The translations under genes and the position numbers were made by a program. This document shows positions 12,513-25,561 of a stretch of DNA of 64,000 bases, piece by piece. The stretch is from positions 118,110,001-118,174,000 of the forward strand of contig OX597823.1 in assembly GCA_951406725.2 (NCBI GenBank). Direction: 5' to 3'. Every line of letters starts with the position of its first letter. Position 1 is the stretch's first letter. This DNA is from Octopus vulgaris. Lineage: Eukaryota. The notes beneath the pieces were generated by a model. The model saw nothing but the letters and a program-made list of their open reading frames with translations. It had not been told where the DNA came from and made no database searches.

Positions 12513-14427
12513 TTATTTTTCATGAACTTGTTGGGTCCCGGGGAATGCCTTGATTGAGAAACACTGTACTACACGATCATAGTGTTGGATACCCTTTGGC
12601 TCTCTCCAAACCAAGAAAATCCGAGTTACATACTCTCTGAATTACGTACAAATACCTTATAAACACTCAGTTATATACTGACTATATTTTCAAAAAAGAC
12701 CACATTCATGTGAGGTGTAGTATATTACATAATTAATGGTTGTTGGTATGACTGAATGAGTAAAATGGTGGCTTTGCAGTTATGAGATACTGAGTTCAGT
12801 CCCACTATGACTTTTCTACTATAGCCTTGGGTTAATCCAAGTTTTGTGAGTGAAATAGGGTAGATGGAAACTGTGGAAGAGCATCAGAATGATCATGACT
12901 ACAATTCATACAGCTTGCTTAGTTACAATTTCATGTTGAGTCTGCCTGGGGATTATACAAAGAATACTGGTGTTTGTGGAATACTGTATCACTTACTTTG
13001 TAATAGAGTAAGTAGATAGCCCTGTTCATTTAATGACCAGAAAATTGCTGTGAGAGCCATTCTACTATGTAATTAATTTCATCACGTTTTATCAAAGCAA
13101 CTTTGCCTTTAACATACAACAGTTTGTTTATAAATTGTCTACTTCTAAAATTAAGAAAATGACACATATACTGGGCCAGACAAGAATCTAAAGAGACCCA
13201 AGCTTGTGATAGTCCAGCTATTTATTGTGAAGATACATGGTATAGTGATTTTGGTGTTAGGCTCAAGATCATTAGGTTGTGGATTTGATTCTCAGACACA
13301 CTGTGTCCATGAACGAGGTTTTTCATTTCACATTGCTTTAGTTCGCTTTGTTGAAAACCAGCAAAAGGTGAAATATGGAGTTAACCTTGCAACAAGCTGG
13401 CATCTTCAAGGGACACTTCTGTACTCTCAGTCAATTAAATGTCACAGAATTTGGAATAAGCTCTACCTGTAGGCTTGAGAAAAATAAAAATTTAAATTTA
13501 AAAAGAGATATAGTGTTCTTGTATTCTCTTTAACCTACAACAAGCCTCGAATTTCAATAAACTCTATGGTTTGTATTATGGTGGACCACAGTCAAGATTT
13601 GAAAACCTTGCTTAAAATTTGATAAATAACTAGTGTTCACAGTACAGTCAATTTTGATCAGCTTTTTTGCATGTCTTTTAATAAACTAACCAATCAAGCT
13701 AGTAGTTAAAATGTAAAATTCATTAGGAAAAAATAATAAAAGAGAGAAAAATGTAGAAAGCTGACTCATAAAATAAATCTTTGGATTTTAACTATAACAT
13801 TGATTTTTGTTTTTTATTTACATTAAACTAAACCAGAATGTATTCCAAGTGGTTTAATCTCTATTCTCATTTAGTGCATATTTTTTCCTTTAGTTTTTTA
13901 TCTCTCTATATTTATATTCTTGCTGATTTATAAATCGTTAAATCTTTTAATTGTTTATGTATTTATATTTATACTACCTTCCTCTGCTTCCTGCTTTTCT
14001 GCATTAACATTATTATTATTATAAAATCTGACAAATTCACAAATATCAATGTTTCCTATGAAATTTATTGCTTCTTTTGCTATTTGGATCAATCCGTAGA
14101 AAATATCTTACTTGCTCTACAACTTAGCAACTCAAATTTGATCTGATATAAATGGTCTCCGCCTACTACTGGCATTTAAAAATTGGTTTACAATGTTAAC
14201 TTGACCTGCTGCTTTCTCAAAATTAAATTTTAGGTGGCAAATTTCTCAAGCATTATTTTATTATAACTAGCAGAATTTAAGAAGAAAAAAATTATATAAA
14301 TTTTTTTGTGCTTAATTGTTGTTTTTTGGGTTAGGCTAGACATTCAATTATATTGAAATTTCTGTATTTGCTTGTTGTTACTGTTGTTGTTATTATTACT
14401 ACTACTACTACTATTATTATTATCTAA

Positions 14428-16960
14428 GGCGGTGAGCTGGCAGAATCGTTTTCACGCTGGGTGAAATGCTTAGCGGTATTTCACCCATCACTACGTTCTG
14501 AGTTCAGATTCCACCAAGGTTGACTTTACCTTTCATCCTTTCAGAGTTGATAAAATAAGTACCAGTTGAGTACTTGGGTTGATGTAATCAAATATCCCCC
14601 TCCCCCAAACTTCAGGCCTTGTGCCTATAGTAGAAAGGATTATTATTATTATTGGCAGCAAGTTAGCAGAATTGTCAGTGCACTGGAGAAAATGCTTAGT
14701 GGCATTTCTGTCTTTATGGTCTGTGTTCAAATTCTTCCATGGTCAACTTTGTCTATTCTCTCAGGGTTGGTAAATTAAGTACCAGTGGAACACGGTTATC
14801 AATGCAATCAATTAGTCTCTTCCTCCAAAATTTCAAGTCTTGTGCCTAAGGAAGAAAGGATTATTATTAATAGTAGTATTTTTATTATTATCTGGTAGTT
14901 TTAATGAAAGAAAGAATTTGGTGGATTAGGCTTAAAGGTATGAAGACTGAGACTTTCCTCTGTGGTTGGTCCTTCATGCACTTTTTCACATTTTACTTGA
15001 AAAGGAAGGTGAGAGTGGAGAGGGAGGTGCTCTCAAGTGAATTTATTGAAGGGTATATGAAAGTGGTAAAAATGGCAAAAGTGGATAGCACTATTCTAAG
15101 TATATACCTGTAAGTCAGATAACAAAAATTGAAGAGGGCACTTGTCCTTTTGGCCCTAGATGTTCTCTTATGACTGGAGAATTGTATTCATCTTGCTCTT
15201 TTTTTATGATGTGTATCATATTTACACTATTTAATTTTTTTGTTGTTAATATTGAATACTATGTATACTGACTTTAATAAATTTTACTTTATAATTCTAT
15301 GTAAATCCCCACACTTTATGTCTGTCTTTGTATCATCCTCCCCTCATCCTCTGGTGACAAATTTATTATTAAGGTGGCAAGCTAGCAGAATCATTAGCAC
15401 ACCGAGTGAAATGCTTAATGATATTTCTTCTGTCCTTAGGTTTTGAGTTCAGATTCCACCATGGTTGACTTTGCCTTTCATCCCTTCAGAGTTGATAAAA
15501 TAAGTACTAGTCAAGCACCAGGGTTAATGTAATTGACTAACCCCCTCCCCCAAATTTTCAGGCCTGTGCCTATAATAGAAAGGATTCTTTTCTTTTATTT
15601 GTTTCAGTCTTTTGACTGTGGCCATGCTGGAACACTGCCTTTTGTCAAACAAATCGACCTCAGGACTTATTCTTTGTAAGTCTAGTACTTATTCTATCAG
15701 TACCTTTTGCCGAACTGCTAAGTTACGGGGACATAAACACACCAATATTGGTTGTCAAGCGATGGTGTGGGGACAAGCACAAACACACACACACACACAC
15801 ACACATATATATGTATATATATATATATACATGACGGGCTTCTTTCAGTTTCTGTCTACCAAATCCACTCATAAGGCTTTGGTTGGCCCAAGATTATAGT
15901 AGAAGACACTTGCCCAAGGTGTCATGCAGTGGGACTGAACCTGGAACCATGTGATTGATAAGCAAGTTACTTACCACACAGCCACTCCTGCTCTTATTAT
16001 TATTATTATTATTATTATTGGCAGAATTGTTAGCATTGGCTGGAATACTTCACATTATTTGATTCACCTTTTTGCTCTCTTGAGTTCAGATCTTACCAAG
16101 GTTAACTTTGCCTTTCATCCTTTTGAGTCAATAAAATAAAGTACCAGTCAATTAGTGGTATTAATTTAACTGATTAGTTTCCAATCGGTCAAAACTACTG
16201 GCCTTGTGCCTAAGTCAGAAAAAAATTATCATTAATAAGGCAATGAGCTGGCAGTATCGTTAGCACACTGGGAAAATGCTTAGCAGCATTTTGAGTTCAA
16301 ATTCCACAAAGTCAGCTTTGCCATTCATCCTTTTGGAGACGATAAAAGAAGTACCAGTTGAGCACTGGGTTTGATGTGATTCACTCATTCTTCCCCTGAA
16401 CTTGCTGACCTGCTAAAATTTGAAATCATCATCACCTTAATAGTAATCATGAAGATGATTATTATTAAGGCAATGAGATGGCAGAATTGTTAGCATGCCA
16501 GACAAAATGCTTAGTGGCATTTTATCCGTCTTTATATACTGAGTTCAATTCTTGCTGAGGTTGACTTTGTCATACTTTCAAGTGTTGATGAGATAAATAA
16601 TTGTTGAGCACTGAGAATTGATGTAATTGATTACTCCATCCTCTAAAAAATTTCAGGCCTTGTGCCTATAGTAGGAAGGATTATTATTATTAAAAGTAGT
16701 GGATTGGTAGAATCATTAGAGCATCAGGCAAAATGTTCTGCAGTATTTGTTAATGACTCCTTACATTCTATGTTAAAAATCCTTCTGAGATCAACTTTGC
16801 CTTTCTTCCTTTTGGGATCAATAAAACAAACTACCATTCAATTACTAGGGTTGATCTGACAAGTTGTGGTGCACCTGAGCACTGTATACAATAATTTCAT
16901 TATTATTAATATCTCCCTTCAAAATTGCTGGTCTTGTACCTAAAGCAGAAATTGCTATAG
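14428..16960 (+). mobile_element. Cluster of about 7 same-orientation tRNA-derived SINEs, family B
   Basis: Repeated head ggcggtgagctggcagaatcgttagcac, core gactttgcctttcatcctttc...gataaaataagtacc and (ATT)n tails. Copies start near 14428, 14654, 15373, 16020, 16239, 16469 and 16696. A family A copy interrupts at about 15590-15990. Confidence 0.8.
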
Positions 16961-17857
16961 TTTTTGATGTTGTTGTTGTTTTTCCCACCTTTCTTGCACA
17001 AATAATGTATATTTTAGGTGAGTTCCTAGTCAGTTTCTAGTTGTAGTCTCTTCCTCTCATTTACATTACAAATATCCTTGAGAAAAATAACAAATATTAG
17101 TCTCAGCCCTTCTCTGATAAATTAAAATATTTTTGTAAAGGGTTGTGATCTGTAATTTTCCCTCTCTCCTTAGTTGATACATTGGCTTGACTGTTAGCTT
17201 GTGGCTAATCATATTTACTGTTTTGTTTTTCAATTCCCATTTGCAGTTACTTCATGTGCATCACCTATACGCTGCGGAAAGACCTGAAATGTACTATTTT
17301 TATTTTCATTCCCCTATTCATTTAAATTCTCTTCCCTATGTAAGAAATTGTGTTTTCCACGTTGTTCCTTCTCCATTGTAAACAATGAGGATTATACATA
17401 TTAAGGAAAATTTAATTAATACTCTACAATGTTATATGTATCCCTTTTCAAATTTGGTTTTGTGAATATTCAAAAATATTCAATCATATTTTCTTATAGA
17501 GATGGTCTGGCTTAAATTAATGACACTTTTGAGTCATCAGATTCATGTCACTAGTTTGTTTTGGAAAAGAGTTGAACAAAATACCTTGTGGTATTAAGGT
17601 CCTGATATGTTACAGTCTGAGTTCAAATTCTGTTGGGATCAACTTTGTCTTTTGCTTTTCTTGAGCTGATAAAAATAGGATACTAATCAAGTATGCCAAG
17701 TACTGTTGTTGACTTGGCTGTTCTCCCCAGTAAAATATTTGAGAAAATGTTTTAAATAAAATAGTGGAATTTATGTTATTATATTTGATTCTTTAGCTAC
17801 ATGTGTTTCAACACTACATGGCACACACATTTCTTGTGTATAAATATGAATATAAAT

Positions 17858-18162
17858 GTTGTTGTTGTTTGTTCCTTCTTGAGCCATGCCTGGCTCATAA
17901 GGGCCGGTTTCCCGGTTTCATTGGCATATAGGTTCCCCCACCTGGATGAGATGCCGGTCCGTCACAGGTGAGTTGCTAAATGCAGAAGGAAAGAGTGCGA
18001 GAAAGTATATATATAAGAGTCAGCAGAAGTTCACTATTACCAGAGCTGCATGGAGCTGAGGTGTTTCGCTCATAAACACACACATTGCCCGGTCTGAGAT
18101 TCGAACTCGCAATCCCTCGACCGGGAGTCTGCTGCTCTAACCACTATGCCACGTGCCTCCAC
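17858..18162 (-). mobile_element. tRNA-derived SINE, family C
   Basis: Minus-strand head gtggaggcacgtggcatagtggttagagcag...gagttcgaatc with A and B boxes, and a (CAA)n tail. Confidence 0.75.
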
Positions 18163-18550
18163 ATGAATATAAATGATTTAGTAATATTACAACATATTAT
18201 ATGTAAACCATGTGCATCTTGTCAGATAAAGGTCACTAAATACTGAAGTATCACCAAATCCTGTCAAACTGTCCAGCCATTGTCAGCATGGAAAAACAGA
18301 TGTTAAATGATGATAAGGATGCATATATATGTGTGTGTGTGTGCGAGTGCATGTGTGTATTATATATATGTACGGGAATGCCTGTATATTTAAGAAGCTT
18401 GCCCTCCAACTATGTTTTTACTGTAGTCCTACTGCCTGGCACCCTGAACATATGTCTTCTGATGCAGCCCTTGGCCAACCAAAGCCTTGTTAATGGATTT
18501 AGTAAATAGAAACATACCACTCTCTGTCTGTGTGCATATATATATATATA

Positions 18551-18852
18551 ACCGTGACCGACCAGGCTATCAGATGTTGCTACACATCGCTGGTCACAAT
18601 GCGTTTCGCATTGTTTTAGCCTTCAAATGATGCCACCCCGCTGGCTAAGCGAACAGGCCAATAGAAGAAAGAGTGAGAGAAAGTTGTGGCGAAAGAGCAC
18701 AGCAGGGTTCACCACCACTACCCTGTCGGAGCCGCGTGGAACTTTAGGCGTTTTCGCTCAATAAACACTCACAACGCCCTGTCTGGGAATCGAAACCGCG
18801 ATCTTACGACCGCGAGTCCGCTGCCCTAACCACTGGGCCATTGCGCCTCCAC
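18551..18852 (-). mobile_element. tRNA-derived SINE related to family C
   Basis: Head gtggaggcgcaatggcccagtggttagggcagcggactc...gtttcgattcc. The body is shared with 17858-18162, and the copy is inserted in a (TA)n tract. Confidence 0.75.
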
Positions 18853-18875
18853 ACACATATATATATATATCATCA

Positions 18876-18916
<41 letters not shown>

Positions 18917-21900
18917 TCATCCGTTTTCCATGCTAGCATGGGTTGGGCGGTTCGACCGGGGTCTGGGAAGCCAGGAGGCTGCACCAGGCTCCAGTCTGAT
19001 CTGCCAGTGTTTCTACAGTTTGATACCCTTCCTAATGCCAACCACTCCATGAGTGTAGTGGGTGCTTTTTACGTGCCACCGGCACAGGTATCAGGGGAGG
19101 CTGGCAGTGGCTCAACTGTCACTGCTCAACCCGAGCTTATTGTATTGTGCTTGATATGTGTGCAGTGCTTAGTAATGCTATTTTCTATATGTTACGTCTT
19201 AACAGTAGCCAAGACTTAGTCATTTCATTCAGTCAAAAATGTTTAAATTCAGTGTACAAATTTACTGCAAATGGCTGTCTGCCAGCCTTCTACCTTAATG
19301 CATCTTGACTGAAAGTAGTAATTCAAACCATTCATGAGAGATTTAAACATTTAGTTTTCTGGTGTTCTTGAAAATAAGACACTAGTTAACATGGTTTTAT
19401 ATCCTTTGGTTCAACTTAGAGGCAGATAAACTCAGAGAGAGAGAGAACTTTTGCTGAAAAAGAATTTATCTCATTTTACTATAACTTTGTTTTCTTCCAA
19501 AGATTAAAAGTGTTGTTAAACTTGTATTTTACCCATAAATATAGTTTCATCGAATTCTGACAAGTTTAAATAAATGTCTTTCAGTTGTTAAAGTTATTTA
19601 GCATGAAGTCAAAGGCATTCTGGCCTTGACCCTCTCACCTTTAAAGATTATCTAGAACTACCAATGTGTTTTTCTCCCTTTTAAAAGTGATAGGCTTTAA
19701 TTTAATTGAGATTTTTTTGAATTCTCAAAAAATGTAAAAGATTGATCCTTGGCTACTGTTCCTTATAACAATTTATTCAGCTAAAACTTGGAAATGTGTC
19801 ATCAATGAAAAAATTTGACTAAATCATTTTGATAGCACTTCATCAGGTACAGAGTGAGCACATTGGAAAATTCAGCATTTTGCTGAATTCCAACACTAAA
19901 GTGAACAAAAGGGCTCACTAACTTCATCTCACCTTCATTCTTTTATTATGTTGCAAATTGAATTGGCTGTATTGTTGCAATGATTGCATTCATGCATTTT
20001 CAGTAAACAAGAATACAATTTCTTGCAGATATCAATTGCATCTTATATTACAGGTTTTTACAGCTTTGCTAGGCACTATAAATTTCAGGCTGTTACTGCT
20101 GGTTTATATTTAGAAGAAAGTATTAGGCAATTCTATATTTCCAGTCTCTCCTCTGACCCTTTATGATAAAGATTGCTTCAGAACTCTTGAATTTGGAACA
20201 GGCATTCACCTAAACTCATTGATTGAAAGCTTTTTAGAAAAATGCTGAAACATACAAGCAATCTTCTTAATGCCCTGTTTAGAATTTGAGCATAGAGTCC
20301 AGCTCCCTTAGCAACGAGCATGTTATTGTCATCTTGAACAAATCAACCTTTAGATGATGCCGTTTTTGTGCTAGCCTCTATCACTCTATTTGTCTAGCAA
20401 AGGAAAAAAAACAATCTAACCAGAATAACAGAAAGGTTGGTATTTTAGTCAAAAATAGTCACATTAACATCTGCAGTCCTTACTACAAGAGCAGAAAGAA
20501 ATGGATTTTAAAAAATACTACTATCATTGTGTATATGGCTAACCAATGTATTGATACAAATAATATCTTCAAGAATCTTTCTCTTCCAGTATTTTTACAA
20601 TGTCTTCAAACAGGCCTTGCAACTCAATCTAAAGAGACTGTTACCTCATCTTTTTCTGTTTCAAACATCTGTTTATGTGTTTATTTTATAAAAATACATT
20701 TAAAAATCTGTTGCCTATCTTGTGCTTCCGTATAATTCTGGGCTTTACACAACACATAAATTTAAATTTGAAGAATCATTGAAAATATATCTCGCTGTTG
20801 CTCAACTTGTTCTATGCCGGGGATCTCCCCCTCACAGCTATATAATGATTTGAAACCAATTGCTTCTGAATCTCAATGTTTTCTCTACTTTATGAAATAT
20901 TTATTAAAATGATACAATGTTTTAGTTACATAAATTGTTACAAAAAAAAAACAAAACAGTAGCTGAAAATCACTCATTTTATTCAGTCAGAACATTCAAG
21001 CTTCAATATGCAAAACAAATGTGTAAATTTATAGCAAACACTTTTCTACCAGCTTTCAAGTAAAGTAAGGCATCAAACATTGTGATTAGAAGTAGCAGTT
21101 TGTATAAGCACTGAAATTTTGATTGTGTCTGAAATTATGGTTTGTCTACATTTTTTTAAGTAATTTCCTTGCTGCTTTTTATTTTAGGGATTATTTCTGT
21201 TTTCATATTCTGGTTATTGCTATTTCCAGATTTTTATATTGGATAATTTCTTCATTTCTTCTGGATATATATATTATCATCTGATACAATATTTAAGAGA
21301 TATTTTCTCTTCTGGGAGTCATTGACAACAATATCTGGCCACTTATCCTTAATCTCCCTCTCTGTATGGATTGGTATATCCTAGAGTATAGTCTCATTGT
21401 TATTCTTTGAGACTTTTTCTGTGTCTGAAAGTGTGAATTCTGTTGTGCCTTCATCTACATACATATTCCCCCCTTGTTTTTGTTAAGATTATGCTACCTA
21501 AACCAATGTGATTGTTTCTTCCTCACCTTCATTAATTCTGTTGTTACTTTTATATACTGCTTTATTATGTGCTTTTGATATTTTCTGGTGGGAGGCTTTG
21601 GTCTTTTGCTGTAGTTAAAAATCTTTCAGTCCCAGTTTTATCAGCTCTGCCTTTTGTCTTTCAAGGGTAAATAAGTACAAGTAAAAGTATTTGAGTCAAT
21701 ATGAGAAGCTTGCATCTCTTCCCAAAATGTGTGGCCTTGTGTATATATTAGAAATCATTATTAGAAATGTGTGTGTATATATATATATACTAGCAGAGAT
21801 ACCCTGTGTTGCCCGTGTTACATGCAATTGACGAAATAGACTTTTCTGTTATATTTTCTGTAATGAACTGGAATACCTATGTTTCAAATTTCATCAAAAT

Positions 21901-22185
21901 TGCAGATGAGGGTTATTTCCCTCTTTACACACCCTAAAAAAATTGTAATTGTGCCACATGTATCCCATACTGCTGTGTTAATGGAATTTCTGCATTTGAA
22001 AATAAATTATCATCTTATTTGTATCTTACAATATATCTATATATATATATATATACATATTAATATTATACATATTTACATAGGTAGTGCCTTAGTAATC
22101 TTAATTATTTACTTATTTTGTGTTATGAATTTTTATCTGGTATATATTTGCTGTCTTGTCTTTAACAGGGAACATAACATCAATT

Positions 22186-22855
22186 ATGTATAATCAAGGA
22201 GCAAGGTATGGGCACTTTGTGAACCATGGGAGTCGTCAGGCCTTGATGGGTTATCACAACTCCCGCGGTCGTTTTGATCAGCAGATCCTTAGAAGGATAC
22301 CTCTTCAAGAAGCTCACAGACCACGTGTTCCTCCAGGTAGAAATGCTCATACAGCAAGTTATGTACAGCGAACGCACTGGTTCCCTAACTACAGGCGTGG
22401 AAACCAACGTGGCATGGTTACTGGGAACATGGACCGCCGCAGCAACCCAAGAGGCCATCGAAATGCTACACATCACCATAATCAACAGCAACACCGAAAC
22501 ACTGTTCAAAGACACGTAGAGGACAATGCAGATGTATGCTTTATTTGTGGAGATTACCTGCAGAACTCAGCTGAAGTAGGCATACATTTGTGTGATGGAG
22601 GACCCAATCCAAGAGCACAGTTGCCAAGTCACCAAGTCAGAGTGCATCAGCAGCCTAGAGCAAGAGCTGTGCGAATGGGACATAGCACTGACTCTCTACA
22701 GCAGGAGGTGGCCGTTGCAGGTGCAGTTTCTGAAGCAGTTGCTGCAGCTGTTGCTGCTCCGCCATCTCCATCTTTTCATCGTGCTCAGCCTCCCACTTCT
22801 GATAATCATGAAGTTGAGGATGATAGCGATTCTGAAGAAATGCAGTGTCATTTTG
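22186..22855 (+). CDS. BTB/KCTD-like gene, first coding exon (disordered Q/R/N/H-rich region, putative C2HC finger, Ala-rich and acidic stretch)
   Basis: Acceptor tttaacAG at 22168, in-frame ATG at 22186, long GC-richer open frame, and donor G|GTAAG at 22856 in phase 1, matching the next exon. Confidence 0.8.
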
Positions 22856-24695
22856 GTAAGTAGGCTTTTTGTTTTCTACATTTCAATCTCTTATTTGGAA
22901 ATTTTAAGTTTAAATAATAGTGTCACCTGTTTAAAGTATTTTCTCATGAGCAATATTATTTTTTTTCTATTAATCACTTTACAAACTAAAAATGATTTCA
23001 TTCCAGGGTCAGGGTCATTTGAGAGCATATTTAAATGAAAAGCCTAAGTGAGTTATAATAATGCATTATGTGTTTGATCTTAGCACAGACAACCCAAATT
23101 CATGTCATTTTAAAGTGTATGTGATGTTCTACTTCTCACTGTTTCTCATATATTTGTGTATGTGTACATGTCCCCACACTTATAGTTTAATAAGGGTGAG
23201 TGGTGTTCAAAGCTTTATTTATATCCCAAAACAGGAACTTTTCTCTTCAGTAGAGAGGGTCTTTTTTAATGTTTCCATAGCTTCAAAAGAGAAAATGTAA
23301 CAAAGGTAACACCCATTGCCCTTTTAAAGGTCTCTGGGAAAGTGGTAGGAAGGAAGGATATTATTCTTAACCTAGGGATCTGAATGCCAGCAACAAAGTA
23401 TTTAACTGCACAATGGTTTATATCTACCACCCAAGAACTGCAAAGGTTTTGCCATCAGGTTCCCACACAGTTTCCATCTATTGAATTCTAATTGCAAGGC
23501 ATCATCAAGTGAAGGCTTTCATTGAAGACACTTGCCAAAATTGTGCACTGTGGGATCAAACCCCAAACCACAGGGCTATGAAGCAAACTGCTTAACTATA
23601 TAGCCAAGCCTGTAATTATTTTCTTTTCTGTCATTGAAGTCTTCAGCAAATTCAAATTGTAAATGAATTAACCGTCCAAACATAGATTGTTTTTCATTGT
23701 TTTCTTAAAATATTTTACATCAGGCAATTAGTGAGATATGAGCCTAAAACTAAAGATATAATCCCAGAATTGCAGCAATGTTTGAACCCATGATCTTGTA
23801 ATTAATAATCCACTGTTAAAGCCACATCCATTCTCTCAATATTTTATGTCTTGTAGCATAGGCAGAGGTCATTCTACATTCCTTCATGAATGGTCAGGAC
23901 AGATTTATATTTTTTCAAAGTTTTGTGGATTTTCTGCTCAGACCAGTGCTTCCCTATTACTTTTTAGATCACTATCTGTTGACTTTAAACTTCACCCTTC
24001 TTTAAACTCCTACCATAGGGCTTTAATTAGACGAGTGTCTCACGCAATGCTGGAAAAGATAATTGTGCAGGAAATTTCGGGTAAAGTTAATATGCCCTGT
24101 CTTATCCAATGATATGTAATATATGGCAGTTGCAGTTATAAATCATATCTGTGAATAAAAAGTTCAATTACTGAGCTATTTACCACCTCTATCAAATTCT
24201 TGAAAATATTAGATTCTTGATGTTATTCGATATAGAATAACTTGACAATAGTTGTTTACAAGCCTCCATCCAGGATGACGAAGTCGCTTCTGGAAGCATT
24301 TTTTGCTGAGATACACATACTAGAGATTCACACAGATGCGCATGTGTGTACACACACAAACACACTCACACACACGCAAACACACTCACACACACGCACA
24401 CGCGATTGTCTGTGTTTCACCTACTTGGTACACTCATGAACAAGAAAACTACAGAAGAGGCAGTTTTTTAATTTAGGCATCTCACTAACACACTTGGTTG
24501 TTTGAGCATCATACAAACAAAAATGCCTTGAGATCCAAGACTCATTATCCATATTACAAGGTAAGATATCTACATAATGAAGCTTTGTAGTGGTGTTAGG
24601 TTTGTGTATGTAGCAGCATCATTATCTTTGCAGTGAAGGAAATAGGTCTCCTCCCAGGTGTAGGAAACTGCCAGCAATCTGGGAAACTACCTTAA

Positions 24696-24915
24696 CCCTT
24701 TAGTGTTCAGATTATTCTGTCAAATGTGATATTTGTTTGTTTATATTGTTTTGAATTAATCATGCATTATCTTGTAGTCCAGAGATTTCAGTGATGTGAT
24801 TTTTTAGTTTTAGAATGACATGGTAGGGCTGAGGTGAGAGGCGAGATCTGGTCAGTTTCAATATAAAACAGGTTAAATATTTTGGCCGGATATGGCCAGT
24901 TTGAATGCTAAAGGG
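24696..24915. mobile_element. piggyBac-like MITE
   Basis: TTAA on both sides with CCCTTTAG/CTAAAGGG termini. A homologous copy lies at 32390-32596. Confidence 0.8.
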
Positions 24916-25217
24916 TTAAAGCTGATCACCACTGTTTATTTTTCCTCTGAGTATATTCTCCTAGCCTTTTTGTTCCTAGGTTCACTTGCAAGGCAATAGG
25001 TTAGTAATTGATAAGTCTTAGGGTATATCCACCAGAGTAGGTCTGCATTCTGTATTTCTTGTGCTATCTATTATTTTGACATATTTTGGACAAATAGCTA
25101 TTTATTACTTTCAATTAAGCTTGTGTTCCAACTGCTATCATATTGGTGTGTTAGAAATTTAAAGTTTCAGAAATAACATGAATGGTCTTAGTATTCATAT
25201 ATTTTAAATTCTTCCAG

Positions 25218-25561
25218 AATCTCTGCTTGAAGGCTGCCTAACTGACCTTCAGTCTCGCTATCAGAATGCCACTGAACGTTTACAAGAAGGTCTTTCAAGT
25301 AAAGCAGACGAAATTCGCAAGATCTACCGTATTGTGCAGAAAGATAAGAAAAAAACCAAGGAACTGAAGGCTGAAATGAATGACCGAGCTGTGGAACTTG
25401 ATGAAAGAGAAGCAGAATTGAAGAATCTTAAGGACAAAATTGAGAAAAGTAAACGAGCTCTTGATGCCGACAGTGAACAACAGACCAAGGAAGTATCCCG
25501 TCTTTGGCAACAGCTTAAGGATGAGTACAACCGGATTGAAAATGTCTACACAGTACAGAAG
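25218..25561 (+). CDS. BTB/KCTD-like gene, second coding exon (coiled coil)
   Basis: Acceptor cttccAG at 25217. The phase-1 join reads ESLLEGCLTDLQSRYQNATERLQE... followed by K/E-rich heptads. Donor AAG|GTAAAT at 25562, phase 0. Confidence 0.88.

Noticed and set aside
17247-17340. Possible upstream exon of the BTB gene (ttgcAG acceptor, GTAAG donor near 17340)
   Set aside because: Splice-like signals alone are common in this AT-rich DNA. It cannot be supported without transcripts.
18080-18852. tRNA-like sequences (also at 2130-2203, 40957 and 49102)
   Set aside because: These are SINE heads: A and B boxes continue into repeat bodies, with no complete cloverleaf and terminator.
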